This document shows, one piece after another, positions 39,830-49,749 of a DNA stretch of 64,000 nt. Source of the stretch: Vicinamibacteria bacterium (GTDB lineage: Bacteria; Acidobacteriota; Vicinamibacteria; Marinacidobacterales; Marinacidobacteraceae); assembly GCA_965199715.1 (NCBI GenBank), contig OZ241322.1, forward strand, positions 1,248,001 through 1,312,000, in the 5' to 3' direction. The notes under the pieces are model-generated. The model ran no database searches and was not told the DNA's origin. It saw only the letters and a list, made by a program, of their open reading frames with translations. The position numbers and the translations under genes were made by a program. Within the stretch, counting starts at the first letter, position 1, and each line of letters starts with the position of its first letter.

Positions 39830-42735
39830 TCGCCCACCGCTTGGTCCCCGAGCGTCATGAGATCGCGGAAGGCGTCGGCCGAAAGCGACGCGAGCCAGCT
39901 CTCGCCGCCGCCGATGACCGAGTCGGCGAGCGCCGACTTGCGCTCCAGCATGTCGGCGATCCGCTCTTCGAGGGTGCCGACGCAGATGAATTTGTGGACG
40001 AGCACGGTCTGGCGCTGCCCGATGCGGAAGGCGCGGTCGGTGGCCTGGTTCTCGACGCCCGGATTCCACCAGCGGTCGTAGTGGATCACGTGGTTGGCGC
40101 GGGTCAGGTTCAGCCCGTAGCCGCCGGTGCGCAGCGAGACGACGAGCACTTCCGGCGGGTCGGGGGCCTCCTGGAACTCGGTCACGATGGCGTCCCGGTC
40201 GGCGGCCGACACGCCGCCGTGCAGCACGGGCGTCCGGGCGCCCCGGACTTCGGCGAGGTGGGACGCGAGCAGCTTCGCCATCTCGGCGAACTGGGTGAAC
40301 ACGAGCGCCCGCTCGCCGCGCTCGCGCACCTCGTCGAGGATTTCCAGAAGGCGCGCCAGCTTCCCCGAGCGGCCGCCGAGCGAGCCTCCGCGCTGCAGGA
40401 AGTTCTCGGGGTGGTTGCAGATCTGCTTCAGCCGGGTGAGCGTCCGCAGCACCTCGCCCCGCCGGGCGAAGCCGGCGCGCTTCTCGAAGCGCGCGAGGCT
40501 CTGGGTCATCTCGGCCCGGTACAGCGCCCCCTGCTCGGCGGTCAGGGTGCAATACACCCGCGCCTGGTGCCGTTCGGGAAGGTCCCGGATCACCGTGGGA
40601 TCCGTCTTGACCCGGCGGAGGATGAACGGACGCACCAGCCGCCGCAGCGTGGACGTGGACTCCGGGTCCTGATCTCCCTCGACGGCGACCGCGAACGTCC
40701 GGCGGAAACTGCGCTCCGGCCCGAGGAGGCCGGGGTTCAGGAATTCCATGATCGACCAGAGGTCGGTGAGCCGGTTCTCGAGCGGGGTTCCGGTGAGCGC
40801 GATCCGCACGGGGGCCTCGAGCCGCCGCACGGCCCGGGTCTGCTTCGCGGCCGGGTTCTTCAGGTTGTGCGCCTCGTCCACGACGACCCCGCCCCAGCGC
40901 ACTCCCTGGAGCATCTCGAGGTCGCGGTGGGCGATGCCGAACGAACAGAGCACGAGGTCGGCCCCAGCGGCCGCCTCGAGGAACGCCTCGCCCCGCAGGC
41001 GCCCCGGACCCTGGTGCGCGTGGAGGCGGAGCGAGGGGGCGAAGCGCTGCGACTCCTTGCGCCAGTTGGCGATGAGCGAGGAGGGGCACACCAGCAGGTA
41101 GGGCTGGTCGAGCCGCCCGGCTTCCTGCTCGCCGAGAAGGAAGGTGAGCGCCTGGCAGGTCTTGCCGAGGCCCATGTCGTCGGCGAGGCAGCTTCCCAGC
41201 CCGAAGTCGGCGAGAAGCCGCAGCCAGCGGTACCCCACGCGCTGGTACGGGCGGAGCTTGGTCTTGAGACCGGTCGGCGACTCGAGAAGGTCGAGCTGGC
41301 TCGCGCTGGCCTCCAGCGCCTCGAAGAGACGCTCGAGCCCGCCCTCGCCCTCGACCTGCGACCGCACCGACTCGGCGCCGTCGAAGAGCCCGGGCGCCGC
41401 GTGGCTCATGGCGAGCCGGGCGCGAAGGACGTCGCGCAGCTCGGGCTCCGACCCGGTCTGCTGGCGCCGGCGGGAAGCCTCGCGCAGCAGCTCGCTGACC
41501 GAGTCCGACTCGAGGTCCATCCACTCGTCGCGGATCCGGATGAGCCGGCGCTTTCCGCGCATGAGCCGCTGGAACTCGGCCAGGGTGATCCGCTCGTCCC
41601 CGATGGCGACGTGCCAGTCGCACGACATCAGGGAGTCCAGCGAAAGGGCGCGAGCGCCGCCGGCCGAGCCCGACGCCGCACGGGCGGTCATGACGAGGCG
41701 AGGTCTTCGGGGCGGCCCGGTCAGTTGGGTCGGCACCCGCACGTGGAAGCCGGCCGCCTCCAGCGCTTCCCGGTCCCGATGCAGGAAGCTGTAGGCCTCC
41801 GCCGGATCGAGGTCGGCGGCCCCGGGCGCCAGGGCCCCGAGGCCGCGCTCGAGCGGCGGGCAGATCCGCGCCGCGCGCCCGAGCTCGCGCAGCAGGAACA
41901 CGACCGGATTCGCCACGCCGAACCGCCACAGGTTCTCCGACGGGTCGGCCGAGTCCCAGACCTCCGCGAGCGGCGCCTCCTCACCCGCGGCGAAGGCCGA
42001 AAAGCGCACCGACCAGCGGGCTTCGTCGCCGCTCGGTTCGCCCAGCTCCAGCAGCAATCCGAGCGGCGGAGCGGCCGACGGCGCGTCCCCGGCGAGCCGG
42101 AAGGCCGCCCGGGCGCGCTCCGCCGAGCGGGCGTCGCGGCTCCGCGGCGTCTCCGGACGGTCGGCGAAAAGCGAGCGCAACACGTCCTCCACGGCGGCGG
42201 GCTGGACGCTGCGGCGGAAACTCCCCACGAGCGACGACCAGCCGAGCCGGCGGCCGGCGTCGCGGACCACGGCGTCGGTGACCGAGCCGAACCACGCCGG
42301 GATGGCCGCCTCGGGGTCGCCGCCCGCGAGCGCCCCCGGGGGAGCGGCGAGGCACAGCGCCTCCAGTTCGCGCCGGCAGGACTCCACGTCGGCGAGCCAC
42401 ATCGGCGCGACGCCGTTTCCGTAGGACGGGAAAAACCGGCCGCGCGCCAGAAGCCGCAGCAGGAACCGGTTGGCGAGCGTCCAGAAGCGCAGCGAATCGG
42501 CGATGTCGCCGTTGCCGGCCACGGCGGCGAGCGCGCCCGCGGCGGGAAGCGGCGCAAGGGTCACGCCTTCGACCGGCTCCTCGCCGACGGCGACGATCCG
42601 CGTCGCGGCGTCGGGATCGTCGGGCCACTTGCCGCCGGTCCAGAAGCGGATGCGCGCGCCGACCTCCGACGCCGGGATCCCGGGCGCCCAGAAATGCATG
42701 GCGGCGGGCGGAACGAGAGTGGCGCGGAGCTGCAC
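39826..42735 (-). CDS. SNF2-family DEAH helicase/ATPase (DUF3670-type N-terminus)
   Basis: LRPYQRVG, LADDMGLGKT, DEAH, LTGTPLENRL, GYGLNLT, WWNP..ENQATDRAFRIGQ. Confidence 0.95.
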   Translation of the reverse strand: MQLRATLVPPAAMHFWAPGIPASEVGARIRFWTGGKWPDDPDAATRIVAVGEEPVEGVTLAPLPAAGALAAVAGNGDIADSLRFWTLANRFLLRLLARGRFFPSYGNGVAPMWLADVESCRRELEALCLAAPPGALAGGDPEAAIPAWFGSVTDAVVRDAGRRLGWSSLVGSFRRSVQPAAVEDVLRSLFADRPETPRSRDARSAERARAAFRLAGDAPSAAPPLGLLLELGEPSGDEARWSVRFSAFAAGEEAPLAEVWDSADPSENLWRFGVANPVVFLLRELGRAARICPPLERGLGALAPGAADLDPAEAYSFLHRDREALEAAGFHVRVPTQLTGPPRRPRLVMTARAASGSAGGARALSLDSLMSCDWHVAIGDERITLAEFQRLMRGKRRLIRIRDEWMDLESDSVSELLREASRRRQQTGSEPELRDVLRARLAMSHAAPGLFDGAESVRSQVEGEGGLERLFEALEASASQLDLLESPTGLKTKLRPYQRVGYRWLRLLADFGLGSCLADDMGLGKTCQALTFLLGEQEAGRLDQPYLLVCPSSLIANWRKESQRFAPSLRLHAHQGPGRLRGEAFLEAAAGADLVLCSFGIAHRDLEMLQGVRWGGVVVDEAHNLKNPAAKQTRAVRRLEAPVRIALTGTPLENRLTDLWSIMEFLNPGLLGPERSFRRTFAVAVEGDQDPESTSTLRRLVRPFILRRVKTDPTVIRDLPERHQARVYCTLTAEQGALYRAEMTQSLARFEKRAGFARRGEVLRTLTRLKQICNHPENFLQRGGSLGGRSGKLARLLEILDEVRERGERALVFTQFAEMAKLLASHLAEVRGARTPVLHGGVSAADRDAIVTEFQEAPDPPEVLVVSLRTGGYGLNLTRANHVIHYDRWWNPGVENQATDRAFRIGQRQTVLVHKFICVGTLEERIADMLERKSALADSVIGGGESWLASLSADAFRDLMTLGDQAVGE

Positions 42736-42798
42736 GGGAAGCCGGGGGACGAACCGGCCAGTTTACGGCAGCCCGGAGCCGACGCGACGCGCGGAATT

Positions 42799-43677
42799 TC
42801 AGGGCCGGAAGCGGAAGGTCCCCACGATCGGGCAGTGGTCCGAGAGCGTGTCCGCGAATTCGGGCGGCGCGCCGAAGAGCACCTCCACGACCGGACCGGC
42901 CTCGGCGCGGCCGCCGGGCGGCGCGAACGCCACGAGGTGGTCGATGTGCCACGGGAAGCGGCTGTCCCAGCACGAGGGCTTGCTGCCCGGAGGAGGGACG
43001 ATCACGGGGTCGAAGGGCAGCCCCGCCGCGACCTCGTCCTCCGGACGCGAGATGCGCCGATTCCAGTCCCCGGCGACGACCAGGGGGACTCCCTCGGCCA
43101 TGCGCTCGTGGAGCCATCCCGTCAGGATCGCGATCTGCATCCGCAGGAAGCCGCAGCGGTTGCCGCCGCTCGAGAGCGGACGGTCGTTGCAGCCCGACTG
43201 GAAGTGGACCCCGAGGACGCGCACCCGCTCCTCGCCCCGGGTCAGGGTCAGGTCCACGCCGTGGCGGTCGCGCCCCTGGGGCGACCACTCCACCACGTCC
43301 GGGTGGCGCTCGGCGGACCAGCCGCTGTCGCGCCGGACGACGATCGCGGTGCTCTGGGCCCACGCCGGGACGGTGTCGCGGGTCGAGAAGTGGAGATCCC
43401 AGTCCTCCGCCGGGAAGAGCAGCCGGGCGGCGGCCTCGTTCTCGATCTCCTGCAGGCTCACGACCTCCACTTCGAGCGCGGCGAGCTGCGCGACCACGGC
43501 GCGCAGGCGGCCGAACTCCTCCTCGCCGCGCAAATGCCGCCCATCGTCGTTGCCGGTGAGGGCCCGGTCGCCGACGCCGTCGCCGAACCAGGCGATGTTC
43601 CACGTCGCCGCGACGAGGCTGGTCCCGGCCGCCGCGGGCGCCGCGAATGCGATGGCGGCGATGAGGATTCGGGGCAT
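42799..43677 (-). CDS. Secreted endonuclease/exonuclease/phosphatase family protein
   Basis: Signal peptide; TWNI, LQEIE, AGDWN, IDH, SDHCP; start chosen from the TAGCAT hexamer 7 nt upstream (alternative start 43683). Confidence 0.87.
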   Translation of the reverse strand: MPRILIAAIAFAAPAAAGTSLVAATWNIAWFGDGVGDRALTGNDDGRHLRGEEEFGRLRAVVAQLAALEVEVVSLQEIENEAAARLLFPAEDWDLHFSTRDTVPAWAQSTAIVVRRDSGWSAERHPDVVEWSPQGRDRHGVDLTLTRGEERVRVLGVHFQSGCNDRPLSSGGNRCGFLRMQIAILTGWLHERMAEGVPLVVAGDWNRRISRPEDEVAAGLPFDPVIVPPPGSKPSCWDSRFPWHIDHLVAFAPPGGRAEAGPVVEVLFGAPPEFADTLSDHCPIVGTFRFRP

Positions 43678-43772
43678 CTTCATGATGCTAGCCGGGCGGG
43701 GCGACAGATTCAGACGCGCCCGGGGGGGGCCGGGCGGGAGGCGCCCCGCAGACTGGTAGCATCCCGAAACTC

Positions 43773-44522
43773 GTGTCGGGACACAGCAAGTGGCATTCGA
43801 TCCGCCACAAGAAGGCCATCGTGGACGCGAAACGCGGCAAGGCCTTCACCCGGCTGCTCAAGGAAGTCACCATGGCGGCGCGGCTCCACGGGCGGGACCT
43901 CCAGTTCAACCCGCGGCTGCGGCTCGCGGTCGACAAGGCCAAGGCGGGCAACGTCCCCCGCGACAGCATCGAGCGGGCGATCAAGAAGGGAACCGGCGAG
44001 CTGGAGGGCTTCCAGCTCGAGGACGCGAACTACGAGGGCTACGGGCCGGCGGGCGTCGCGGTCTTCGTGGAGGCCGCCACCGACAACCGGAACCGGACCG
44101 TGAGCGACGTGCGCCACCTGTTCTCCAAGTACGGGGGGAACCTCGGCGAGTCGGGGTCGGTGGGGTGGATGTTCGTGAAGGCCGGGCAGTTTCTCGTGGC
44201 CAAGGAGGACGTGGACGAGGACGAGCTGATCGAGCTGGCGCTCGCCCACGGCGCCGACGACGTGCTGGACGACGACGCGCACTGGGACGTGCGCACGCCG
44301 CCCGAGGCGTTCGAGGCGGTGCGCTCGGCGCTGGGCGAGCAGGGCGTCGCGTGCGCCCACGCGGGGGTCGAGCTCATTCCGAACCAGCACGTGCGCGTCG
44401 CGGGCGCCGACGCCCGGCGCGTCCTGCGGCTGATGGAGGCGCTGGAGGATCAGGAGGACGTGACCCAGGTCTGGGCCAACTTCGAGCTGGACGACGAGGA
44501 GCTCGAGGCCGCCGCCCGGTGA
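43773..44522 (+). CDS. yebC: YebC/PmpR family protein
   Basis: SGHSKWHSIRHKK, YEGYGPAGVA, TDNRNRT, LED.EDV..VWAN. Confidence 0.96.
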   Translation: MSGHSKWHSIRHKKAIVDAKRGKAFTRLLKEVTMAARLHGRDLQFNPRLRLAVDKAKAGNVPRDSIERAIKKGTGELEGFQLEDANYEGYGPAGVAVFVEAATDNRNRTVSDVRHLFSKYGGNLGESGSVGWMFVKAGQFLVAKEDVDEDELIELALAHGADDVLDDDAHWDVRTPPEAFEAVRSALGEQGVACAHAGVELIPNQHVRVAGADARRVLRLMEALEDQEDVTQVWANFELDDEELEAAAR

Positions 44523-45043
44523 CCGGCGGTCACCTGGTGCTCGGGCTGGACCCGGGTTCGCGCGTGACCGGCTGGGGGGCGGTTTCCGACCATGACGGGA
44601 GGCTCGAAGTCCGGGGGCACGGGGCGGTGCGGCTTCCGGCGAACGCGCCGCTGCCGCTGCGGATGAGCCGGCTCCACGGCGAGGTCCGGGCGCTGGCCGA
44701 GCGGCTCGAGCCCGACGAGGTCGCGGTGGAGGCGGTGTTCGCGGCGAGGAACGCGCGCACCGCGCTGGTCCTCGGGCACGCGCGGGGCGCGCTTCTGGCC
44801 GCCGTCGGCGAGCGCCCCTGCCACGAGTACCCGGCCCGCTCGGTGAAGCAGGCGCTGACCGGCTTCGGCGGCGCCGAAAAGGATCCGGTCGGGGCGATGG
44901 TGGCCCGGCGGCTCGGCCTCGCCGAAATCCCCGAACCGCGGGACGCCACCGACGCCCTCGCGGTCGCGATCTGCCACCTCGACGCCCGCCGGGCGCGGGT
45001 GCGGCTGGACCGCGCCCGCACGCTCGCAGTCTCCGCGCCGTGA
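44519..45043 (+). CDS. ruvC: Holliday junction resolvase
   Basis: LGLDPGS..TGWG, VAVEAVF, LGHARG, VKQALTGFGGAEK, DATDALAVA. Confidence 0.95.
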   Translation: MTGGHLVLGLDPGSRVTGWGAVSDHDGRLEVRGHGAVRLPANAPLPLRMSRLHGEVRALAERLEPDEVAVEAVFAARNARTALVLGHARGALLAAVGERPCHEYPARSVKQALTGFGGAEKDPVGAMVARRLGLAEIPEPRDATDALAVAICHLDARRARVRLDRARTLAVSAP

Positions 45044-45633
45044 TCGAGAGCCTTTCGGGGACCGTGCGCCGCGTCGCCGAGGGCGGGCTGTCGCTCGAGG
45101 TCGGCGGCGTGGGGTTCGCCCTGCGGGCGTCCGCGGCGACCGTCGCCGGGCTCCCGCCGGTGGGCAGCCCGGCGACGCTCGCCACCCGGCTGCTGACGCC
45201 CCGGGAGGACGCCCCGGCGCTGTACGGCTTCGCCACCGAGGAGGAGGCCGGGCTGTTCGACCAGATCCGCTCGATCAGCGGCGTGGGTCCCGCGGTCGCG
45301 CTCCAGCTTCTCGCCATCGGGGCCTCCACCCTGCGCGAGGGGGTCCGGTCGCGGGACGTGAAGCTGCTGTGCGCGGCGCGGGGCGTCGGGCCGAAGCTGG
45401 CCCGCCGGCTCATCGCCGAGCTGGCCGACGCGCTGCCGGAACCGGACGAGGCGCCCGCGGGCAAGGCGGCCGATCCCGAGCGCGAACGGCTCGTGTCGGC
45501 GTTCCTGAACCTCCAGTTCGCCGACCGGCGCCGGGTGGAGGCGGTGGCCGACGAGATCGTCGCCGCGATGCCGGACGCGGACCTCGCCTCCAGGCTCCGG
45601 GTCGGTCTCTCCAAGCTGACCGGACGCGGCTGA
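45040..45633 (+). CDS. ruvA: Holliday junction DNA-binding subunit
   Basis: MIESLSG, EVGGVGF, RED...LYGF, SGVGPAVA, GVGPKLARRL. Confidence 0.92.
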   Translation: MIESLSGTVRRVAEGGLSLEVGGVGFALRASAATVAGLPPVGSPATLATRLLTPREDAPALYGFATEEEAGLFDQIRSISGVGPAVALQLLAIGASTLREGVRSRDVKLLCAARGVGPKLARRLIAELADALPEPDEAPAGKAADPERERLVSAFLNLQFADRRRVEAVADEIVAAMPDADLASRLRVGLSKLTGRG

Positions 45634-47687
45634 TGGTCTCCGCCAACACCGTCCTCGACCGGATTCGCGGCCGTCTGGACCGGACGGAGGCGGTGATGCG
45701 GCGGGTGACGTGGATCTCGCGGCTTCGCATCGCGGTCGCCGCCGCGGGCGCGCTCGTGGTCGCCGCCGCGTTCGATGGGAACCTCGCGGCGGAGTGGATC
45801 GCGGCTCCCGTCCTCGTCTTCGTCGTTCTCGCGATCCTCCACGAGCGGTACATCCAGCAGGCGCTCCGCAACCAGCGGGTGGTGCGGTTCCACCGGCGCA
45901 CGCTCGAGCGCATGGAGGCGGACGTCTCGGGCGACCAGGAGCGGCCCCGCTCTCCGGGGGCGGCGCTGCGCCGGAAGGGGGTCCCGGGACGGGAGGACCT
46001 CGAAGAGGCGGAGCTGCTGGCGGCGCGGCGGGACCGGGTCGGCGAGATTGGCGGCGGCCGGATCGCGGGCGCGCGGCTGGACGAGCACCTCGGGCTCTTC
46101 GGAAGCGCGGAGCTCTTCGACCGGGTGGGCGACCATCGCACCGACGCCGGGGGCGAGACGCTCGCGTCGTGGATGCTGCGTCCCGCCGACCCTCGCGAGT
46201 GCCGGCTGCGGCAGGAGGCGATCCAGGAACTCTCCCCCCGGATGGACCTCCGCGAGGCGGTCGCCGCGACCGGGAGCCAGTCCCGGTGGCCGGCCCGGAG
46301 CGGAGCGCTGTCGCTGTGGACCCGCCATTCCGCGGGCGCTCCCGACTGCGGCGAGGCACGGGCGTGGCGGGAGGCGGAGGAGACCGGAACGGTCGGTCCG
46401 GTCGCCGAGGCCGAAGGGGAGCCGGCGGACCCGCCCCGGACGATCCCGCAGATCCCGTCGCCGGGCCATGCCCGGACGATCGGCGCGCTGATCGGCGCGC
46501 TCGGCCTCGGCAACGCGCTCGGGGTCACGGCGTGGGTCGCCGGAATCGCCGGCCCCTCGCCGCTCGCGCTCAGCCTCATGCTCTCGGTGCTGGCCGGGCT
46601 TCTGACGCGGCGGCTGGTGCGGGACACCGACGTGACGCTCGGCAGCCTCGTCATGGAGGGAGACGGCCTGCGGCGGATGGCCGCGATCCTCCGCGAGGGC
46701 GAGTTCGAGTCCGAGCTGCTCGCCCGGCTGCGGGAGGACATCCGCGACGCCGCCGGACCGCTGCGCCGGCTGGAGCGCATCCGGTCGCTGTTCGCGGTGC
46801 GGCGGAACCTGATGTTCGCGCCGGTCGCGGCCCCGCTGTTCTGGGGGACGTGCTTCGCGCTCGCGCTCGCGGGCTGGCGCCGCCGCTTCGAGCCCGAGCT
46901 GGCGCGCTGGAGCGCCGCGTCGGGCGCGTTCGACGCGCTGCTGGGACTGGCCCAGTACGCCGACGAGCGGCCCGGGGACGAATACGCCGAATACGACGAG
47001 GAGCCGGGGCTGGCCGCGGTGAACCTCGGCCACCCGCTGGTCCCGCGCGAGCGGCTCGCCCGCAACTCGATCACGCTGGGGCGCGGGGACGCGGACTTCC
47101 TGATCGTGACCGGCTCCAACATGTCGGGCAAGAGCACCCTGCTGCGCGCCATCGGCGCCAACTTCGTGCTCGCCCGGCTCGGGGCGCCGGTGACCGCGTC
47201 GCGCTTCCGGATCGGCCGCCTCGCACTCGGGCCGTCGATCTCCAGTCGGGACTCGTTGCGCGACGGCGTGTCCCGATTCCTCGCCGAGCTGTTCGCGCTG
47301 CGGGCGGTGCTGGACGCGGGGGCCGCCGACGCGCCGCTGCTGTGCCTGCTGGACGAGGTGCTCGAGGGCACGAATTCCTCGGACCGGCGGGTCGCCGTGC
47401 GGGCGCTGCTCGAGGAGCTGGGCCGGCGCGGCGCCGTCGGCGTCCTGACCACGCACGACGTCTCGCTGACCGAACTCGCCCGGGAGCTGCCGGGGCGCAT
47501 CCGGAACATGCACTTCACCGAGGAGATCCGCGACGGCTCCATGCGGTTCGACTTCCGGCTGCGCGACGGGGTGCTCCCGAGGGGGAACGCGCTCGAACTC
47601 ATGAAGATGCTGAATCTCCCGGCGCCGGGGAACGAGGGCGCCGACTACACCGCGCTTCCCGATTCGGTGTCCGGCAAGGAGAACTGA
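45633..47687 (+). CDS. Membrane-anchored MutS-related ATPase (domain V; no mismatch-binding domain recognised)
   Basis: TM pairs near the N-terminus and mid-protein; LGHPLV, TGSNMSGKSTLLR (Walker A), SRFLAEL, LLDEVLEGTNS (Walker B), TTHD. Confidence 0.88.
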   Translation: MVSANTVLDRIRGRLDRTEAVMRRVTWISRLRIAVAAAGALVVAAAFDGNLAAEWIAAPVLVFVVLAILHERYIQQALRNQRVVRFHRRTLERMEADVSGDQERPRSPGAALRRKGVPGREDLEEAELLAARRDRVGEIGGGRIAGARLDEHLGLFGSAELFDRVGDHRTDAGGETLASWMLRPADPRECRLRQEAIQELSPRMDLREAVAATGSQSRWPARSGALSLWTRHSAGAPDCGEARAWREAEETGTVGPVAEAEGEPADPPRTIPQIPSPGHARTIGALIGALGLGNALGVTAWVAGIAGPSPLALSLMLSVLAGLLTRRLVRDTDVTLGSLVMEGDGLRRMAAILREGEFESELLARLREDIRDAAGPLRRLERIRSLFAVRRNLMFAPVAAPLFWGTCFALALAGWRRRFEPELARWSAASGAFDALLGLAQYADERPGDEYAEYDEEPGLAAVNLGHPLVPRERLARNSITLGRGDADFLIVTGSNMSGKSTLLRAIGANFVLARLGAPVTASRFRIGRLALGPSISSRDSLRDGVSRFLAELFALRAVLDAGAADAPLLCLLDEVLEGTNSSDRRVAVRALLEELGRRGAVGVLTTHDVSLTELARELPGRIRNMHFTEEIRDGSMRFDFRLRDGVLPRGNALELMKMLNLPAPGNEGADYTALPDSVSGKEN

Positions 47688-48661
47688 TGGGCCCCCGGCC
47701 GGACGAGGAGTTTCACCGAACCCTTCGTCCGGTCTCGTTCGCCGACTACGTCGGGCAGCGCGCCGTCCTCGACCAGTTGGAGATCAGCGTCCGCGCGGCG
47801 ACCGGACGCGACGAGCCGATGGACCACGTGCTGCTCCACGGGCCGCCCGGACTCGGGAAGACCTCGCTCGGAGCGGTGCTCGCCCACGAGCTGGGGGCCC
47901 GGATGCACTCGTCCTCGGGGCCGCTCATTCCCCGGACCGGGGACATGGTCGCGCTGCTGAACGTCCAGCAGCCGGGCGACATCCTCTTCGTGGACGAGAT
48001 CCACCGGCTGGGGCCGGCGGTCGCCGAGGTGCTCTATCCGGCGATGGAGGACCGGTTCGTGGACGTCATGGTCGGCGAGAAGCTCGCGGCCCAGTCGCTG
48101 CGGCTGAACCTCGCGCCGTTCACGCTGGTCGGGGCGACCACCCGGCCGGACCTGCTTCCGGGGCCGCTGCGCGACCGGTTTCCGCTGGTCCACCAGCTTG
48201 AGTTCTACGCGAACGAGGAGATCGAGCGGGTGCTGCGGCGGTCCGCCGGCGTGCTGGGCGCCGATCTCCGGGAGGGCGCGGTCCGCGAGATCGCCGCCCG
48301 CTCCCGGGGCACGCCGAGGGTCGCGAACAACCTGCTCCGCCAGGTGCGCGACTTCGCCGAGGTGCGCGGCGAGGGGGTCATCGACCGCAACGCGGCGCAA
48401 GGCGCGCTGGAGCTCGCCCGGATCGACGACCGGGGCCTCGATCGGTTCGATCGGAAGATCCTCGAGAGCCTTTGCGACAACTTCGCCGGCGGGCCGGTCG
48501 GCGTCGCGAGCCTCGCCGCCACGCTTGGAATGGACCCGAGGACGCTCGAGGAGGTGCGCGAGCCGTTCCTGATCTATCGCGGATTCATGCAGCGCACCGC
48601 GAGAGGGCGGGTGGCGACGGAACGGGGGCGCCGGCACGTGGGGAGAACCGCGCCCATCTGA
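47687..48661 (+). CDS. ruvB: Holliday junction branch migration motor
   Basis: LRP.SFADYVGQ, GPPGLGKT, DEIHRL, FTLVGATTR, PLRDRF, RGTPRVAN, RTARGR. Confidence 0.96.
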   Translation: MGPRPDEEFHRTLRPVSFADYVGQRAVLDQLEISVRAATGRDEPMDHVLLHGPPGLGKTSLGAVLAHELGARMHSSSGPLIPRTGDMVALLNVQQPGDILFVDEIHRLGPAVAEVLYPAMEDRFVDVMVGEKLAAQSLRLNLAPFTLVGATTRPDLLPGPLRDRFPLVHQLEFYANEEIERVLRRSAGVLGADLREGAVREIAARSRGTPRVANNLLRQVRDFAEVRGEGVIDRNAAQGALELARIDDRGLDRFDRKILESLCDNFAGGPVGVASLAATLGMDPRTLEEVREPFLIYRGFMQRTARGRVATERGRRHVGRTAPI

Positions 48662-48663
48662 AC

Positions 48664-49662
48664 GTGCGGACCTCGGACTTTCGCTTCGAGCTGCCCGACG
48701 AGCTGATCGCGCAGCGTCCGGCCCAAAGGCGCGACGGCTCGCGCCTCCTCCACCTGCGCTCCGACGGGAGCGTCGAGCACCGCCGTTTCGCCGACCTGCC
48801 GGCGCTGCTGCGCCCCGGAGACCTGCTGGTCCGCAACGACACGCGGGTCTTTCCCGCCCGGATGCGGCTGCGCAAACCTACCGGGGGCCGGGTGGAGCTG
48901 CTCGCGCTCCCGGGCGGACGGACGTTCGAGGCGCTGGTCCGCCCGGCGGCGCGCCCCGGACTCCGGCTCGAGGCGCCGGGGGTCCGGCTGGAGGTGGAGG
49001 CGCGGGACGGCCCGCGCCATCGAATCCGCATCCTCGAGGGAGCCGAGGACGTCTTCGGGCTCGCCGAGCGCATGGGCGAAACCCCGCTGCCGCCCTACAT
49101 CCGCCGCCCCGCTGGCGAGGCGGACGGGGATCGGGAGCGCTACCAGACGGTGTACGCCCGGCAAGAGGGATCGGTGGCGGCCCCGACCGCGGGACTCCAC
49201 TTCTCGAAACCGCTGTTCGGGCGGCTCCGGGAGCGGGGCGTCGGAGTCGCCGACCTGACGCTGCACGTCGGCTACGGAACCTTCGCGCCGGTCCGCACCG
49301 AAGATCCTCGTGAGCACAAGCTGGACCCCGAGCTCTACGAGGTTCCCCCACCGACCCGCCAGGCGCTCGCCGGAGCCGGGCGGGTCGTCGCGGTCGGAAC
49401 CACCTCGGCGCGCGTCTTGGAGACGCTCGGAGCCGGCGGCCCCGACTCCGGGATGGCGGACCTGCTCATCCTGCCCGGGCACGAGTTTCGGGTCGTGGAC
49501 GCGCTGGTCACGAACTTCCACCTTCCCGAGAGTTCGCTTCTGATGCTGGTTTCGGCATTCGCGGGCCGGGAGGCGGTACTTCGCGCCTACCGGGAGGCGG
49601 TCCGCGCGCGCTATCGATTCCACTCCTACGGGGACGCGATGCTCGTCGAGCAGACGCGTTGA
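48664..49662 (+). CDS. queA: S-adenosylmethionine:tRNA ribosyltransferase-isomerase
   Basis: LPDELIAQRP, NDTRV.PAR, PLPPYI, YQTVYA, AAPTAGLHF, TNFHLP, SYGDAM. Confidence 0.97.
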   Translation: MRTSDFRFELPDELIAQRPAQRRDGSRLLHLRSDGSVEHRRFADLPALLRPGDLLVRNDTRVFPARMRLRKPTGGRVELLALPGGRTFEALVRPAARPGLRLEAPGVRLEVEARDGPRHRIRILEGAEDVFGLAERMGETPLPPYIRRPAGEADGDRERYQTVYARQEGSVAAPTAGLHFSKPLFGRLRERGVGVADLTLHVGYGTFAPVRTEDPREHKLDPELYEVPPPTRQALAGAGRVVAVGTTSARVLETLGAGGPDSGMADLLILPGHEFRVVDALVTNFHLPESSLLMLVSAFAGREAVLRAYREAVRARYRFHSYGDAMLVEQTR

Positions 49663-49749
49663 GTCATCGCTCGAACTCCACGCCTCGAGTGGACACGAGA
49701 CAAAGCGTGCGGGAACAGGGCAGGCGTGCGTAAACGTTCGCTGTCTCCA

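Noticed and set aside
39841-44103. Very long antisense or alternative-frame ORFs (e.g. 1420 aa here; also 43710-47513, 31415-34555, 7460-9955)
   Set aside because: Shadow ORFs typical of high-GC DNA; Arg/Gly/Pro-rich with no motifs, opposite well-supported genes
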